From: a virus
Lineage: Duplodnaviria > Heunggongvirae > Uroviricota > Caudoviricetes
Virus record (IMG/VR): IMGVR_UViG_3300005683_000050
Location: 85,669-149,668 of that record
DNA length: 64,000 nt
Reading direction: 5' to 3' (one strand)
The notes below the pieces were generated by a model that searched no databases, was not told the origin of the DNA, and saw only the letters and a list, made by a program, of their open reading frames with translations. Positions 9,792-19,826 of the stretch are shown one piece after another. Within the stretch, counting starts at the first letter, position 1; every line of letters begins with the position of its first letter. The translations under genes and the position numbers were made by a program.

Positions 9792-10093
9792 GTTTGAGGC
9801 CCAAGACCACCGACACGACTATCACTAATAACCCACGGAGCGTATGACGTTGGGTTGCTCAGCGAGACTGCATACCCATTGGAAACTGGAGTCACGCTCC
9901 CCTTAAAGTTTTTCTCTAACTTTTGGGTGCGAACATAGTTTTCTGTTGGTGGAGGCGGCGGCGGAACTTGTGACTTCAGGTAACGCGCCGTGTCCGCGGA
10001 CGCGCCTTTCAATGCTGTTTTAGTTCCGCTAGACATACCGTTCAGGCGATTCATTACGCCCGTTAACCCCTTGACCTGATAACTGATTTGCAC
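9686..10093 (-). CDS. hypothetical protein 135 aa (Pro-rich)
   Basis: minus ORF; overlaps 9507-9791 in another frame, so its extent is uncertain. Confidence 0.3.
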   Translation of the reverse strand: MQISYQVKGLTGVMNRLNGMSSGTKTALKGASADTARYLKSQVPPPPPPTENYVRTQKLEKNFKGSVTPVSNGYAVSLSNPTSYAPWVISDSRVGGLGPQTWIHRGRWYTIQQVLRKSTSGVLDIYQNALRRLMR

Positions 10094-10374
10094 TAACTGG
10101 TCTTCTTCCTCTTAACGCCGACCACGAGTTCTGCGTCTGGGTCTGCTTTCAAAATTGCAATCAGTTGAATTAAAGCCTCTTCGATGTTGTCAAGTCTGAC
10201 CTTAATCTCACTCATCGTTTTTGCTTCGTTTGCACGCTGTAATTTTACTTCATTCAGTCCATTCTCGAAATTCATAAGGATTCTCCATAGTAGGAATGAG
10301 GAAACGACGGTCAGAAAAAATACGCCGACCAGTGAGAAGTACTGCGATGCTTGAATTACTGTGTAATTATTCAC
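10093..10374 (-). CDS. small membrane/coiled-coil protein 93 aa
   Basis: N-terminal TM helix then charged helix. Confidence 0.35.
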   Translation of the reverse strand: MNNYTVIQASQYFSLVGVFFLTVVSSFLLWRILMNFENGLNEVKLQRANEAKTMSEIKVRLDNIEEALIQLIAILKADPDAELVVGVKRKKTS

Positions 10375-10429
10375 GACCTGTCTCCATTGCTTTTATTTTA
10401 ACACAAAAATACAATACTCTATCTATTTA

Positions 10430-12160
10430 TTACACCTTTACTATCTCTATACCGTATTCTACATGTTGCTTCAGTGGCAGTCCTAGACCCCTTACCTCAC
10501 AATCGCCTACTCGAATTGAATACGGCCCAACCTGACCGCGTTGCGGGTCAAAACTCGAATCTCCAGACATGTCGAAATCAACCATTCCGTTCCGAGTGTG
10601 GTGAATTGCCTTGTCGTCAGGCCAAACCTGAGTCACTGGGACTTTCCATAGTAACTTTCCATTTCCATCTGAAACGGAAACCATAATCTTAACTCCGCCC
10701 TGAGACTCTGGATAGTCTACTGGCTTATTATCATAAAAGTGAACAGCCGAGACCTTATACCCACTTCCCTGTGTAACGCTGACCCACGTTAGACGCTTGT
10801 CTACTTCAACCATCCACTCTTCAGACTTAACAGTGACTTGCCCCTTTACAATTTCACCGAAGAAACTTCCGCTATAGTCTCTCAATTGACCTTCAAAACG
10901 ATACACACCGTCTCGGAATGGAGCTGAAATCATTAAATTAAATCGGTATGACTCATTTGGTTTCACTTCCGAGTTGGAAGGGACTGCCTGCCATGATATT
11001 TCATTGTTGGATGTCGGACTTAGAGCGACATTGCCCCATGCAACATTACCAGTATTGGTCATAGATACCATACTAGCAACGGTTTCCCCTGTCCACACAG
11101 TTGACGGTACGCCGTATAACTCTAGCTCTGCATCATACTCAACTCCAGACGGTGGAGGCGGAACGTCGCTGTCTTCCCAACCAAACTGCCTAATATAAGG
11201 CAAGTCCATTTCCATCTTCTGAATAAGGTCTGATTTGAAAACGTTTGGATTTGAATGTTCGTCGGCATGAGCTGGGTCAGAGTGTAAACCATCAACCCAT
11301 GAATCAGAATACCAGTTTCCAGCCCACAAAAGCCACGGACACACAGCAAATAAATAGTCTGGTAATCTCTCTCCATTACTTAATTTGCCGACCCTAAACC
11401 ACTCATACATTTCGTAATGCCAGTCAATCCACTTCTCAATTGATACCTCTGGCATACTGGTATCGTCGTGATTCTTGAATAACCAGCCACCCTCTCCTCC
11501 AATCATGGGCGGAATAATTCCGAGATGCTTTTCGCACCATCCAGCTATGGCTATAAACCTCAAAACAGCTGTGTCGTCTTCATACACATTGCTTGATGGG
11601 TATGGATAAATTGGCGGATGATTTGCCCCGTAGTTGTGCAAAGAGAAGTACATTTTGTTTTTGACTTCTTTAGATACACCACTGACAGACGCCAAAAGCT
11701 CTTCCGACAATACTTGTAGTCCAGGAAATCCACCTCCACGTACAACGGCTTCTGCACGTTGACCCCATAGTGAAGCAAAATGTTCTGGACTATCGAATCC
11801 CTCTCTGCCATCCTCTGGTTCATTGAAGATTTGAATGTATGGCGGCACTCCGTTCTTTACAGATAGCTGCGCGAATTTTTCCCAAAAGTCTGGGGTCTTT
11901 GGTCGTTCTCCACTGGCATACACTCGCATATTAGAGAATATGCCAAAATTGTCTTTAAGATATTTTGCAACCCGTATACATTGTGCCTCATCCCCGCCAT
12001 ATACTGTAGCCCATTTTATTTTCATGCGCTTAAGATACGGTGCATAATGTTCCACAAACGGCTGGCGAGAATCTAGCACGAAATGAATCCCTCGTCCGTT
12101 ATCTCCCTCTGGACGCGGAAAGCTAGCCAAGTGACTATCTAGTGGTGATAATTGTGTCAT
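10430..12160 (-). CDS. GH5-like glycoside hydrolase with C-terminal beta-sandwich/carbohydrate-binding-like region
   Basis: IQIFNEPE (NEP acid/base) and MIGGEGGW (nucleophile-like) motifs in N-terminal ~330 aa; 576 aa. Confidence 0.5.
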   Translation of the reverse strand: MTQLSPLDSHLASFPRPEGDNGRGIHFVLDSRQPFVEHYAPYLKRMKIKWATVYGGDEAQCIRVAKYLKDNFGIFSNMRVYASGERPKTPDFWEKFAQLSVKNGVPPYIQIFNEPEDGREGFDSPEHFASLWGQRAEAVVRGGGFPGLQVLSEELLASVSGVSKEVKNKMYFSLHNYGANHPPIYPYPSSNVYEDDTAVLRFIAIAGWCEKHLGIIPPMIGGEGGWLFKNHDDTSMPEVSIEKWIDWHYEMYEWFRVGKLSNGERLPDYLFAVCPWLLWAGNWYSDSWVDGLHSDPAHADEHSNPNVFKSDLIQKMEMDLPYIRQFGWEDSDVPPPPSGVEYDAELELYGVPSTVWTGETVASMVSMTNTGNVAWGNVALSPTSNNEISWQAVPSNSEVKPNESYRFNLMISAPFRDGVYRFEGQLRDYSGSFFGEIVKGQVTVKSEEWMVEVDKRLTWVSVTQGSGYKVSAVHFYDNKPVDYPESQGGVKIMVSVSDGNGKLLWKVPVTQVWPDDKAIHHTRNGMVDFDMSGDSSFDPQRGQVGPYSIRVGDCEVRGLGLPLKQHVEYGIEIVKV

Positions 12161-13140
12161 ACTTTTAATTCCTTTGTTGTTAGAAACACATTTGCTCCGT
12201 CAGTGTATGCAATTGCGGCAATCTTATCTGAGCTGGCAATACTGGGAGACTGATTATTTAGTGAGTTATTTGAAATCAGTTTGGCGTTACTCCACTTCCC
12301 ATTCTTAAGGGAGATGGTGTATATTTTCCAGTTGTCGGTTGACACAGATTTTGCCTGAAAAGATACTTGTACAGCCCCTTCAAAAAATGCAACTCTAGGC
12401 CACATACTGTAAAGAAATGACGGGATAGTGCTACGCGAATCTGTAAATACCATTGTCTTGAAATCAGAGTATCTAGTCACCGCAAAAAACGGATTTCCAT
12501 ACTCGGTGTGGAATACATCTGGCGTCTGTTCCTTATGCCCGTCAGAAATCACAGACTCAACACCCCAAGTATTATTGACCGTATCGAATCTTATACTAAG
12601 AACTCCATATGGACTATTCTCGCTCCACACTATGTCAAGAAAGTTGTCTCGATATGAGATTCTTGGCATACTCCCGTCTCCAAACTTTACGGGAACATCC
12701 CAAGTTGCCCCGTTGTCTCTACTGGAAACCATATACACACCAGACGCTTGTCCTACTGGTCTAGATTGAAACACAACATATATGTTAGGCCCATCTGAAA
12801 CAATTTGCGGACACTCTGCATATGGCAAGCTGCCAGAAATCTTTTTTAGACTCCTACTTGGGGATAAGTATACAACAACATATCCCAGTGTGTCATGCTT
12901 GGATTCCCATACGATATGACGACTTCCGTTATGTGTTATGTCTGGGTAGTATCCGTGTCCAATAGATTCTCGTGTATTGTTTCCCTTACGGGACTCACAC
13001 TGCATTATATTGTCACCATCGTTCCACACAGAGAAAACCCTTCTGCCCCTTACACAGATAGAGATTTTACTATAGTGTCCTTCCCCAAGACTAACTGGCG
13101 AGTTCCATACCTTAAGCGCGTCAGATATTGCTCTTATCAT
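12157..13140 (-). CDS. BNR/Asp-box repeat beta-propeller protein (sialidase-like)
   Basis: SRDNGATWDV Asp-box (SxDxGxTW) plus repeated beta-strand-rich segments. Confidence 0.45.
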   Translation of the reverse strand: MIRAISDALKVWNSPVSLGEGHYSKISICVRGRRVFSVWNDGDNIMQCESRKGNNTRESIGHGYYPDITHNGSRHIVWESKHDTLGYVVVYLSPSRSLKKISGSLPYAECPQIVSDGPNIYVVFQSRPVGQASGVYMVSSRDNGATWDVPVKFGDGSMPRISYRDNFLDIVWSENSPYGVLSIRFDTVNNTWGVESVISDGHKEQTPDVFHTEYGNPFFAVTRYSDFKTMVFTDSRSTIPSFLYSMWPRVAFFEGAVQVSFQAKSVSTDNWKIYTISLKNGKWSNAKLISNNSLNNQSPSIASSDKIAAIAYTDGANVFLTTKELKV

Positions 13141-14443
13141 TTTGACTCTCCTCTTCCCCGCTTTGAGAATCTGATGAATTAGATTCTGGATTAACCTCTG
13201 GGCGTTGATTATCCATTGATACCTCTATGGTTCTCACGTTTCTAACATATACATCTCCGTCTGGTGTCTTTTCGAGACCCACTTCTTCGGCAAATTGATT
13301 TACTGTAATCGCTCCCTTTTCAAACGCGTTTGAAGCCCGCGCCCATCGCTTATCAATATCGTCCTGAAGTGCTGGAACTTTTGAGAAATCCCATTCCATG
13401 ATAACATTTAAGTCTTCATTCAGGTCGTTATTTATTTTATCAGAGATTCTCTTGTATTGTGGAGATAAGGTGTCCTGCCAAAACGCTTTTCTAGCAGCTT
13501 CATAATTGCTATAGGTTGACGCCTTTAACCCTATGCTTGCTCCGACCAAGATGGGAGGTGTTCTTAAACAGCTGCAAATTCTTGCCTCAGAACGAGCGTC
13601 CAGAAACTCAAATCCCATTTCTTCAAATGTCAAACCGATTTTCTGAAATTGTGCATCCGAGTCCAAAACTACTGGGTCTAGCCAATTTTCAAATCCACCG
13701 TATCGTTCCCTCCATCGAGAACGAATTTCCTCTACCTGAGACTCAATAAGCTTTTGCTTGGTTGTCAACATTCCTGGTGGAGTTCCACCCTTTTCAAAGA
13801 ACAGCTTTACAAAGTCAGTACTGGCATTGTCAACATCTCCCATCCGAGCTGCGACCTGAACGGGAGGAAGTCCATTATACATATTTGATGGGTCGAATAG
13901 CTTAAATTCAAGAATGCTGTCGGTTGGCATAACTATCGCTTGTAATCCAGGTGGGGCATAGCGGTATCCATCAATAAATGTTCCAGACGAACGTATCGGT
14001 GAAACCCAGTCTGGTCTCATAGGCCAAAGTTCTACTACTTTTCCAGACCTGTTTTTTACCTTTTCCCAGTAAGAGACTCCAGCTAAGTCCAAGTACATCA
14101 GTGTGGCACTGAAGAAGTCGAACTCTGTCATATATTTATTTGGTCGTTCTATCAACATACGAGTCGGATGGTTTTCTATAATGGCGCGTGAACGCCTGTC
14201 GCGCGCAACCAAACGTGGAATTGCTGCCGAATCCGCTTTTAAGGAAATACAGGCGAAAATTAGTTCGTTCTTTTTGAACCCATGCTGTACCGCATTCTCA
14301 AAATTCCATTTTTGGTACGATGGGGTCTGATTTGTCCATGAATTCAACATCGTAGATATTGCGTTCTGTTGCGTTGCCGCAGAACGCTTAAACGAAGAAC
14401 TGAATCCGCTTGCGAATCTGTCAAATATACTCATTAAAACCAA
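13121..14443 (-). CDS. portal protein (HK97-family-like)
   Basis: 440 aa, immediately downstream of TerL; acidic C-terminus; Phage_portal-like core. Confidence 0.7.
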   Translation of the reverse strand: MVLMSIFDRFASGFSSSFKRSAATQQNAISTMLNSWTNQTPSYQKWNFENAVQHGFKKNELIFACISLKADSAAIPRLVARDRRSRAIIENHPTRMLIERPNKYMTEFDFFSATLMYLDLAGVSYWEKVKNRSGKVVELWPMRPDWVSPIRSSGTFIDGYRYAPPGLQAIVMPTDSILEFKLFDPSNMYNGLPPVQVAARMGDVDNASTDFVKLFFEKGGTPPGMLTTKQKLIESQVEEIRSRWRERYGGFENWLDPVVLDSDAQFQKIGLTFEEMGFEFLDARSEARICSCLRTPPILVGASIGLKASTYSNYEAARKAFWQDTLSPQYKRISDKINNDLNEDLNVIMEWDFSKVPALQDDIDKRWARASNAFEKGAITVNQFAEEVGLEKTPDGDVYVRNVRTIEVSMDNQRPEVNPESNSSDSQSGEEESQNDKSNI

Positions 14444-16824
14444 ATCCCTCCCAAAGAACTATTTCCAGCAAGCTTCATATAAGCCCCACTACTTGCGTCT
14501 ACCATATCGTCGTGTACCCTCTTGTTTGGAAACAATTCGAGCTCTTGCAAATAATTTCGATTCCATCCAGCTTTAGCCAGATAAACATGTCGAGCCTCGC
14601 ACATCCCGCTAAACGGCTTTGCTCGGTGAACCTTTTGTCCAGTCATGCGAAAACCATCAAATATAAAATCTGGAAGAACATTTCTGCGATAGTGGTCAAT
14701 TACTGTCTTGCCACTTGCGCCAGGTTCTTGCTCGATATATATCTCTGTTTCATATCCATCTGCAACCGCGCATCTTTTAACCAGCTCTTCAACTTGGGAG
14801 GGAGTGCCTCGAAATTGCTGTACGTCCAGAATGTAAAATTCGTTTTGAGAAGATATTCCCATTAGCACTCCAGCTGTATAGTCGGGGTCGTTATTTCCAT
14901 AATCGGCAACTGTAGCAGCCAAGTCCCAATATCGAACTTTTCTAATAAGCGGAGGAAAGTTTTCAATTGGCGCGGTGTTCTGTCCGTCAAACCATTCCCT
15001 CTTAAACATCTCGCCTTGTTCTTCAATATCCCAGTCTCCAAACAAAAGCCTCGCTCTGGTTACTGGGTCTAACTCGGCAAGAAAACCAGCATATTCTTCT
15101 GCATTGATAGCTGGGTTGTCGTTGATAGTCGCTGGTATAAAGATGCGACCATTTGCGCGTCCCTCATCAATAAATCTCTTCTTGACCCAAACGTGACCTG
15201 GGCCACCAGGATTAGTAGCTGCCCGCATACGAAGCGGAACTTCAACGCCCTTAACGCGACGAATACGAGAAAACAGATATAAATACTGACTTTCTGTAAA
15301 CTGAGTCAATTCATCAAATCCGCAAAATTGTATTTCCGCACCCTGATAGCGCAGCTTATCTCTTTCACTCTCTAAGTATCCGAATGTTAGTGTTGCGCCA
15401 GAGGGAAAGGTGAACTGGTGCTTTTCCGAATCCCACCTTGCATCTGTTCCAGAAAGCCATTCAATCGCGCGAGACATAAGTGCTTGTGGCAACGAAAGGT
15501 CTCTGTAGGTTCTACGTAGTAAAAGAGCTGCGTATCCTGGTACGTCAACATATTGCAGGGCAGACATGAGAAGTGCGGAGCTGTTGTGCGTAACGATAAA
15601 GTCGTTTGTAAGATACATTCCGTTCGGATGGGAGACGGTTATACATCTTCCCCGCACAGTTCCGCCCTTTTCCACCCTAACAACCGCGCGGTATAGATTG
15701 TCGTCAACCTTACATCTTTCTGCCTTTCGCTTAATCCTAAACAGGGACGGCTCATTTCTATGTCTTATATATATCGTATAGGATAACCTTCCAAAGACCT
15801 TTTCTCCACTGGCGTCTCTATAGAATGGGTACTTTTCCGAAACAGTCGCAACCCCGCCCAGTGAGCGAACAATAAAACACACATCTTTGCACATTTGTTC
15901 GCTAGTTGTTGTGTAGTACACCTGCCCTCTTGCATCGGCAGTCCCATCAGTGTCTAGCAATCCTTGTAGTACGCTAAGTCTCGTTTTTACGCTTCCCATC
16001 AAAAACTCTCTGGGAACAAATTTTGTGTCCGATTTAGTTCCCATTAGTCCAAGTTTTTCTAGTTGAGACCTAACGGTTGACAAAGACTGTCCTTTGAGAA
16101 AGTACGAAAACTTACCGTCGTAGCGAAAGTCCATTCCCCTCAAAACGTTATCTCGAATGTGTTCGTGGTCATTCCCACTAATACTGACGGATTGACCAGA
16201 AATACATCCATCTCCCAGAATGTACCCCAACAGATACGGGTCTAGGTTGGATGGATTTCTGTTTGTTACGTTAAAAACTTGCTCGTGACACACTGGAATT
16301 AGAGGTCTTCTTGAAGAGCCATCGCGTTCGGAGCGAATCAGACTTTCGTCAGACCATTTCTTTAAGGTGAATGTATCTATTACCTGCGCGCTCTCCTCTC
16401 CAAACACTCTCTTGCCCTTTATCTTTTTCCCCTTACGCGCTCTCCAGCATACCCACAAATGCTCTCCGTTAACCTCTATTGAAGTTCCATCGTGAAAAAG
16501 TACCTTAAACTTTTCAAGTTCAAACACTGGATGGAGCTGTATTATCTTCGCAACCGTACCGTCTGGGTTATTTACAGCATCTCCAACGCGAAGGTCTTTT
16601 ATTTGCTTAAACCCAAACGGTGTCAGAACAAAGTCGTCAAGTTTTTGGCCTTTCCCGCCGCTTGCTGCGCCGCCAAATAGTACTTCCTTGTTTTGGGTCA
16701 ACAGAAACGCGGTTTGTTTGGGACTTGGTTTCTGAATGATGTACTTATTTAGTTTTGGAAAAAATTTGGTTACATCTATTTTGTCCCAATTGTCTCTAAT
16801 CGTTTCTGGGGTTATTATATTCAC
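14434..16824 (-). CDS. terL: terminase large subunit interrupted by an intein
   Basis: N-extein ends in FGGAASGGK (Walker A, completed by SS after the intein); C-terminal nuclease domain; 796 aa, of which about 355 are intein. Confidence 0.8.
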   Translation of the reverse strand: MNIITPETIRDNWDKIDVTKFFPKLNKYIIQKPSPKQTAFLLTQNKEVLFGGAASGGKGQKLDDFVLTPFGFKQIKDLRVGDAVNNPDGTVAKIIQLHPVFELEKFKVLFHDGTSIEVNGEHLWVCWRARKGKKIKGKRVFGEESAQVIDTFTLKKWSDESLIRSERDGSSRRPLIPVCHEQVFNVTNRNPSNLDPYLLGYILGDGCISGQSVSISGNDHEHIRDNVLRGMDFRYDGKFSYFLKGQSLSTVRSQLEKLGLMGTKSDTKFVPREFLMGSVKTRLSVLQGLLDTDGTADARGQVYYTTTSEQMCKDVCFIVRSLGGVATVSEKYPFYRDASGEKVFGRLSYTIYIRHRNEPSLFRIKRKAERCKVDDNLYRAVVRVEKGGTVRGRCITVSHPNGMYLTNDFIVTHNSSALLMSALQYVDVPGYAALLLRRTYRDLSLPQALMSRAIEWLSGTDARWDSEKHQFTFPSGATLTFGYLESERDKLRYQGAEIQFCGFDELTQFTESQYLYLFSRIRRVKGVEVPLRMRAATNPGGPGHVWVKKRFIDEGRANGRIFIPATINDNPAINAEEYAGFLAELDPVTRARLLFGDWDIEEQGEMFKREWFDGQNTAPIENFPPLIRKVRYWDLAATVADYGNNDPDYTAGVLMGISSQNEFYILDVQQFRGTPSQVEELVKRCAVADGYETEIYIEQEPGASGKTVIDHYRRNVLPDFIFDGFRMTGQKVHRAKPFSGMCEARHVYLAKAGWNRNYLQELELFPNKRVHDDMVDASSGAYMKLAGNSSLGGIWF
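15583..16650 (-). mobile_element. intein with LAGLIDADG homing-endonuclease domain inside the terL P-loop
   Basis: Hint block A-like KLDDFVLTPFGFKQIKDLRVGD; LAGLIDADG blocks LLGYILGDGCI and LQGLLDTDGT; C-terminal IVTHN followed by +1 Ser; the exact N-terminal junction is uncertain (no Cys/Ser at residue 1). Confidence 0.6.
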
Positions 16825-17341
16825 TAACCACTCCTGCTTGCACTAAAGTGTTAATTACCTCAGACAGTTCTTCTGGTGTAGGGATTGTTGAGACCACCAC
16901 ATCAACCGCTCCACCGTTCGCCCCAGTAATTTCCTGTTTTACAGAGTCTGTATTTACGCCGCGAGATAGTCTTTCTATTTTCACGGCAGTATCTATCCAT
17001 GCAGATATTTCTCTCGGACTTAATTCCATTGGGTCTAGTTCTTTGAGACGCTGAATGACCTTCTCTTGTAAACGCATTGCAATCTTGGCGTGTCGGTCTG
17101 CCATTTCAGCAACAGATTTGAGGTGAGCATCCCTGCGGATACGGTCTTGCTCCATATCCCACGCGCGACATCTCGCTACCCAGCTGTATTCAGAGCTCCA
17201 TCTGCGAATAAGGGACATGTTCTTTTCGGTTTGTTGAGATACTGCCTCAAGACTGCGCCCACTCCCAGAATCTCTATACAGAACAAACGCGGCAAAAGCT
17301 CGCGCTCCCTCTTCTTCTAATTGCTCATAGATTAACGACAT
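16796..17341 (-). CDS. putative terminase small subunit
   Basis: 181 aa ORF immediately upstream of terL, overlapping its start. Confidence 0.35.
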   Translation of the reverse strand: MSLIYEQLEEEGARAFAAFVLYRDSGSGRSLEAVSQQTEKNMSLIRRWSSEYSWVARCRAWDMEQDRIRRDAHLKSVAEMADRHAKIAMRLQEKVIQRLKELDPMELSPREISAWIDTAVKIERLSRGVNTDSVKQEITGANGGAVDVVVSTIPTPEELSEVINTLVQAGVVSEYNNPRND

Positions 17342-17955
17342 ACATATCCCTCATTACGAAGCTGATTAAGCAAAGATTCTTTTTGCTCGTCAGACTCACA
17401 CTCTACAGTTATTCTGTACACTGGAACGTCTCCATCCGTAGAGTTGTCCTCAGCTACACCCTTGTCTTCCTCAACGGCATTAATTATCCGACTGAGCAAA
17501 TCTACATCCTCCGAATCAGACGAAACTGGAAGGGTGTTATCTTCGTTTAGTGCCGTAAGGATTTCGGTGTAAACATTTTCGTCCCACAACTTTGCCATGT
17601 CGAGAGCAGTGAACTCTGCTCCCATTAATCCAATGTTGTTTGAATCTATTAAATAAGCCATTGCCTCGTTATCATCTCTGAACGAGACTCCGCGATGGAT
17701 TTGAGTTTGCCATCTACCATCTACAACTCTTACGCCATTAGGCACATTAGATGGATTGTGTGCAAACATACTCTGCAAGGTCTGAATCCGATTATGTCCA
17801 GCGACAAGTTTCTGTGTTTTTTCATTCAAGACTGGTTTCTCAACAAGACCATAACGCATAATTGATTCAAACATTGCGCCAACATCATGCTTCTTCGGGT
17901 TAACGTCAGCGAATTGAACTTCGTCAATAAACATCCACTCTAAGTGTTCTTCCAT
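17332..17955 (-). CDS. ParB-like nuclease domain protein
   Basis: KLVAGHNRIQTL resembles the ParB/Srx GxxR box; common partner of terminase genes. Confidence 0.4.
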   Translation of the reverse strand: MEEHLEWMFIDEVQFADVNPKKHDVGAMFESIMRYGLVEKPVLNEKTQKLVAGHNRIQTLQSMFAHNPSNVPNGVRVVDGRWQTQIHRGVSFRDDNEAMAYLIDSNNIGLMGAEFTALDMAKLWDENVYTEILTALNEDNTLPVSSDSEDVDLLSRIINAVEEDKGVAEDNSTDGDVPVYRITVECESDEQKESLLNQLRNEGYVCR

Positions 17956-17965
17956 AAAAAAATAA

Positions 17966-17998
17966 CCCCCATGAATTTATGGGGGTTAGAACCTCTCT
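17966..17998 (-). terminator. rho-independent terminator
   Basis: AACCCCC-N10-GGGGGTT hairpin followed on the minus strand by T7. Confidence 0.6.
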
Positions 17999-18003
17999 GT
18001 GCA

Positions 18004-18450
18004 TTATTTTAACACAAATCGGCGTTTTGTCTTAAGTTTTTGTTTAGACCTTAAAACATTTAGTCTACTTTTGGTTGCTGACTTTTTTCTGGATATAATT
18101 GACTCATACTTTGGGGCAAGGATTTCTTCTTTTCCGAAAGTAAGACCGTGACATTGCGCGCACAATGTTATCCCGTTATCGGTGACAAATCTCAGTTTTG
18201 GATACCTAGCCCACATCCGAATATGATGTGGATGTATTTCAACTCCGCGTTTGCCGCACTGCTGGCACGTATACTTATCCCTAAGAAATACGCGCTTTCT
18301 CCATGCGACAAACTTTGGACTATGGCGAGCTCGCTCATCTGCGTTCTCGAAGATAGGAAATACTTTTGATACCTTAATCCGAATCAAGTTTGCCTTGCGC
18401 CTGCATGACCATTTCCCTGTATTCCCTCGCTGGGACTGGTGATTTGGCAT
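18004..18450 (-). CDS. HNH endonuclease
   Basis: CQQCG...HPHHIRMW...CAQCH HNH/zinc motif. Confidence 0.65.
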   Translation of the reverse strand: MPNHQSQRGNTGKWSCRRKANLIRIKVSKVFPIFENADERARHSPKFVAWRKRVFLRDKYTCQQCGKRGVEIHPHHIRMWARYPKLRFVTDNGITLCAQCHGLTFGKEEILAPKYESIISRKKSATKSRLNVLRSKQKLKTKRRFVLK

Positions 18451-19066
18451 TTTGTCTCATGTTTAGCAAAGGCAGATTTCCCTGCGGAACTCCCGTCTTT
18501 GGTTTTTGTGGAGCCTGGTTGTTGTTGCTACTCTTATTGGCAGTTTGAGAACTTTGGGAAGTATTACCGTGTCTGCCCTGATAGTTTCTAACTGGTCGAA
18601 AGAAAGACTCTAGTAATCCCCCGAAAGAACCGAGCAAACTGCCCATGTGTATCTTTGTAATAAAAAGGCGAAGCAATCGTTCTGGAAGAACAGACAGAAA
18701 AACTCCGAGACCGACTGCAATGAGAAAGACTGGCATAGAACTCAGCACTTGCCCCCAGTTTCCTTGCTGGATATATGTCAACATCGGCATCTTAAATACA
18801 ATGAGCCACCCACCGATATTGCTAATAATGTCATATCCATATGACATAAGCGCAGCTCTAACAATCCACGGGTCTAGACTATTGCCGTCCCGAATGTAAA
18901 TCCACTGCAAAAACGTGATGCTTACAATAATAATATACCCTATCCACTGGTATCCAGTTTCAACAGATAAAAACAAGTTACTGAAAAACCAACTAATTAT
19001 CACCAATGCAACTGCGAATATAATTCCTAGATGGTCTAGGATGTTGTCTAGTGTTTTTTCGCTCAT
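18374..19066 (-). CDS. membrane protein 230 aa
   Basis: multiple TM helices, basic Gln/Asn-rich C-terminus; overlaps the HNH gene by 77 nt, so its start is uncertain. Confidence 0.35.
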   Translation of the reverse strand: MSEKTLDNILDHLGIIFAVALVIISWFFSNLFLSVETGYQWIGYIIIVSITFLQWIYIRDGNSLDPWIVRAALMSYGYDIISNIGGWLIVFKMPMLTYIQQGNWGQVLSSMPVFLIAVGLGVFLSVLPERLLRLFITKIHMGSLLGSFGGLLESFFRPVRNYQGRHGNTSQSSQTANKSSNNNQAPQKPKTGVPQGNLPLLNMRQNAKSPVPAREYREMVMQAQGKLDSD

Positions 19067-19320
19067 AGTTTTCTTCCCACCAATGTTTCAATCATGCAGA
19101 GTACCTCTGCTCCGCACAAATCTAATATAATTTTCCCATCTGAAGTTTCATCAGAAAAGTCTTCTGCTAAACCAGTATTCCAAACCATTGCCAAAAAAGA
19201 TTCGATGTCAAACCCTTCGTCCTCGTCTATATATAACGACAAAGGTTCACCGAAAGAATCCTCGAAGAAAGATGCGTATTTGAGTTGTAAGTTAAAAATG
19301 GAGAGTGTATTCTGGTTCAT
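19063..19320 (-). CDS. hypothetical acidic protein 85 aa
   Basis: minus ORF. Confidence 0.3.
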   Translation of the reverse strand: MNQNTLSIFNLQLKYASFFEDSFGEPLSLYIDEDEGFDIESFLAMVWNTGLAEDFSDETSDGKIILDLCGAEVLCMIETLVGRKL

Positions 19321-19349
19321 TTCTGTATGCTGTGGGGATGTAACGTATA

Positions 19350-19826
19350 TTATACATCTTTATTGTTGTGACATATATATTTATCGTCCAAGATTTCACC
19401 CATTATAGAAACAACGGTTTTCAAGTCCAATCCGCCCATTCCTGCCCCAAACGGCACAACGTGAACATTTCCATCTATATTTTGACAAATTTTTAATAAC
19501 TCAATTGTGGAGTTTTTCACAATCTCGTAGGATGAATTAAATCTCCAGTCGTACTTCGTGACCACAAATAGCATTTTGTATCCATCGTCTCGATAGACCA
19601 ATTTTTGCGGGTCTGATTTAATCCACGCCCCTACCACAGACTCAATCTCTGGAAATCTAATCCTTGCTTGCTTGGCAATTCCAGCTCCCATAACAGCAAA
19701 GCCGTTGCTACGAAGGCAACGGTTTATTGTCACAGTTATATATTCTCCCTCGTTGTGAAACTCCCAGATATTACCGCTTGCGAATTTCATCGTTTTTACT
19801 TGCAGCGAATGAAATGAGCTCAACAT
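19350..19826 (-). CDS. macro domain protein (ADP-ribose binding/processing)
   Basis: FAVMGAGIAKQ and VVPFGAGMGGL glycine-rich macro-domain motifs. Confidence 0.5.
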   Translation of the reverse strand: MLSSFHSLQVKTMKFASGNIWEFHNEGEYITVTINRCLRSNGFAVMGAGIAKQARIRFPEIESVVGAWIKSDPQKLVYRDDGYKMLFVVTKYDWRFNSSYEIVKNSTIELLKICQNIDGNVHVVPFGAGMGGLDLKTVVSIMGEILDDKYICHNNKDV

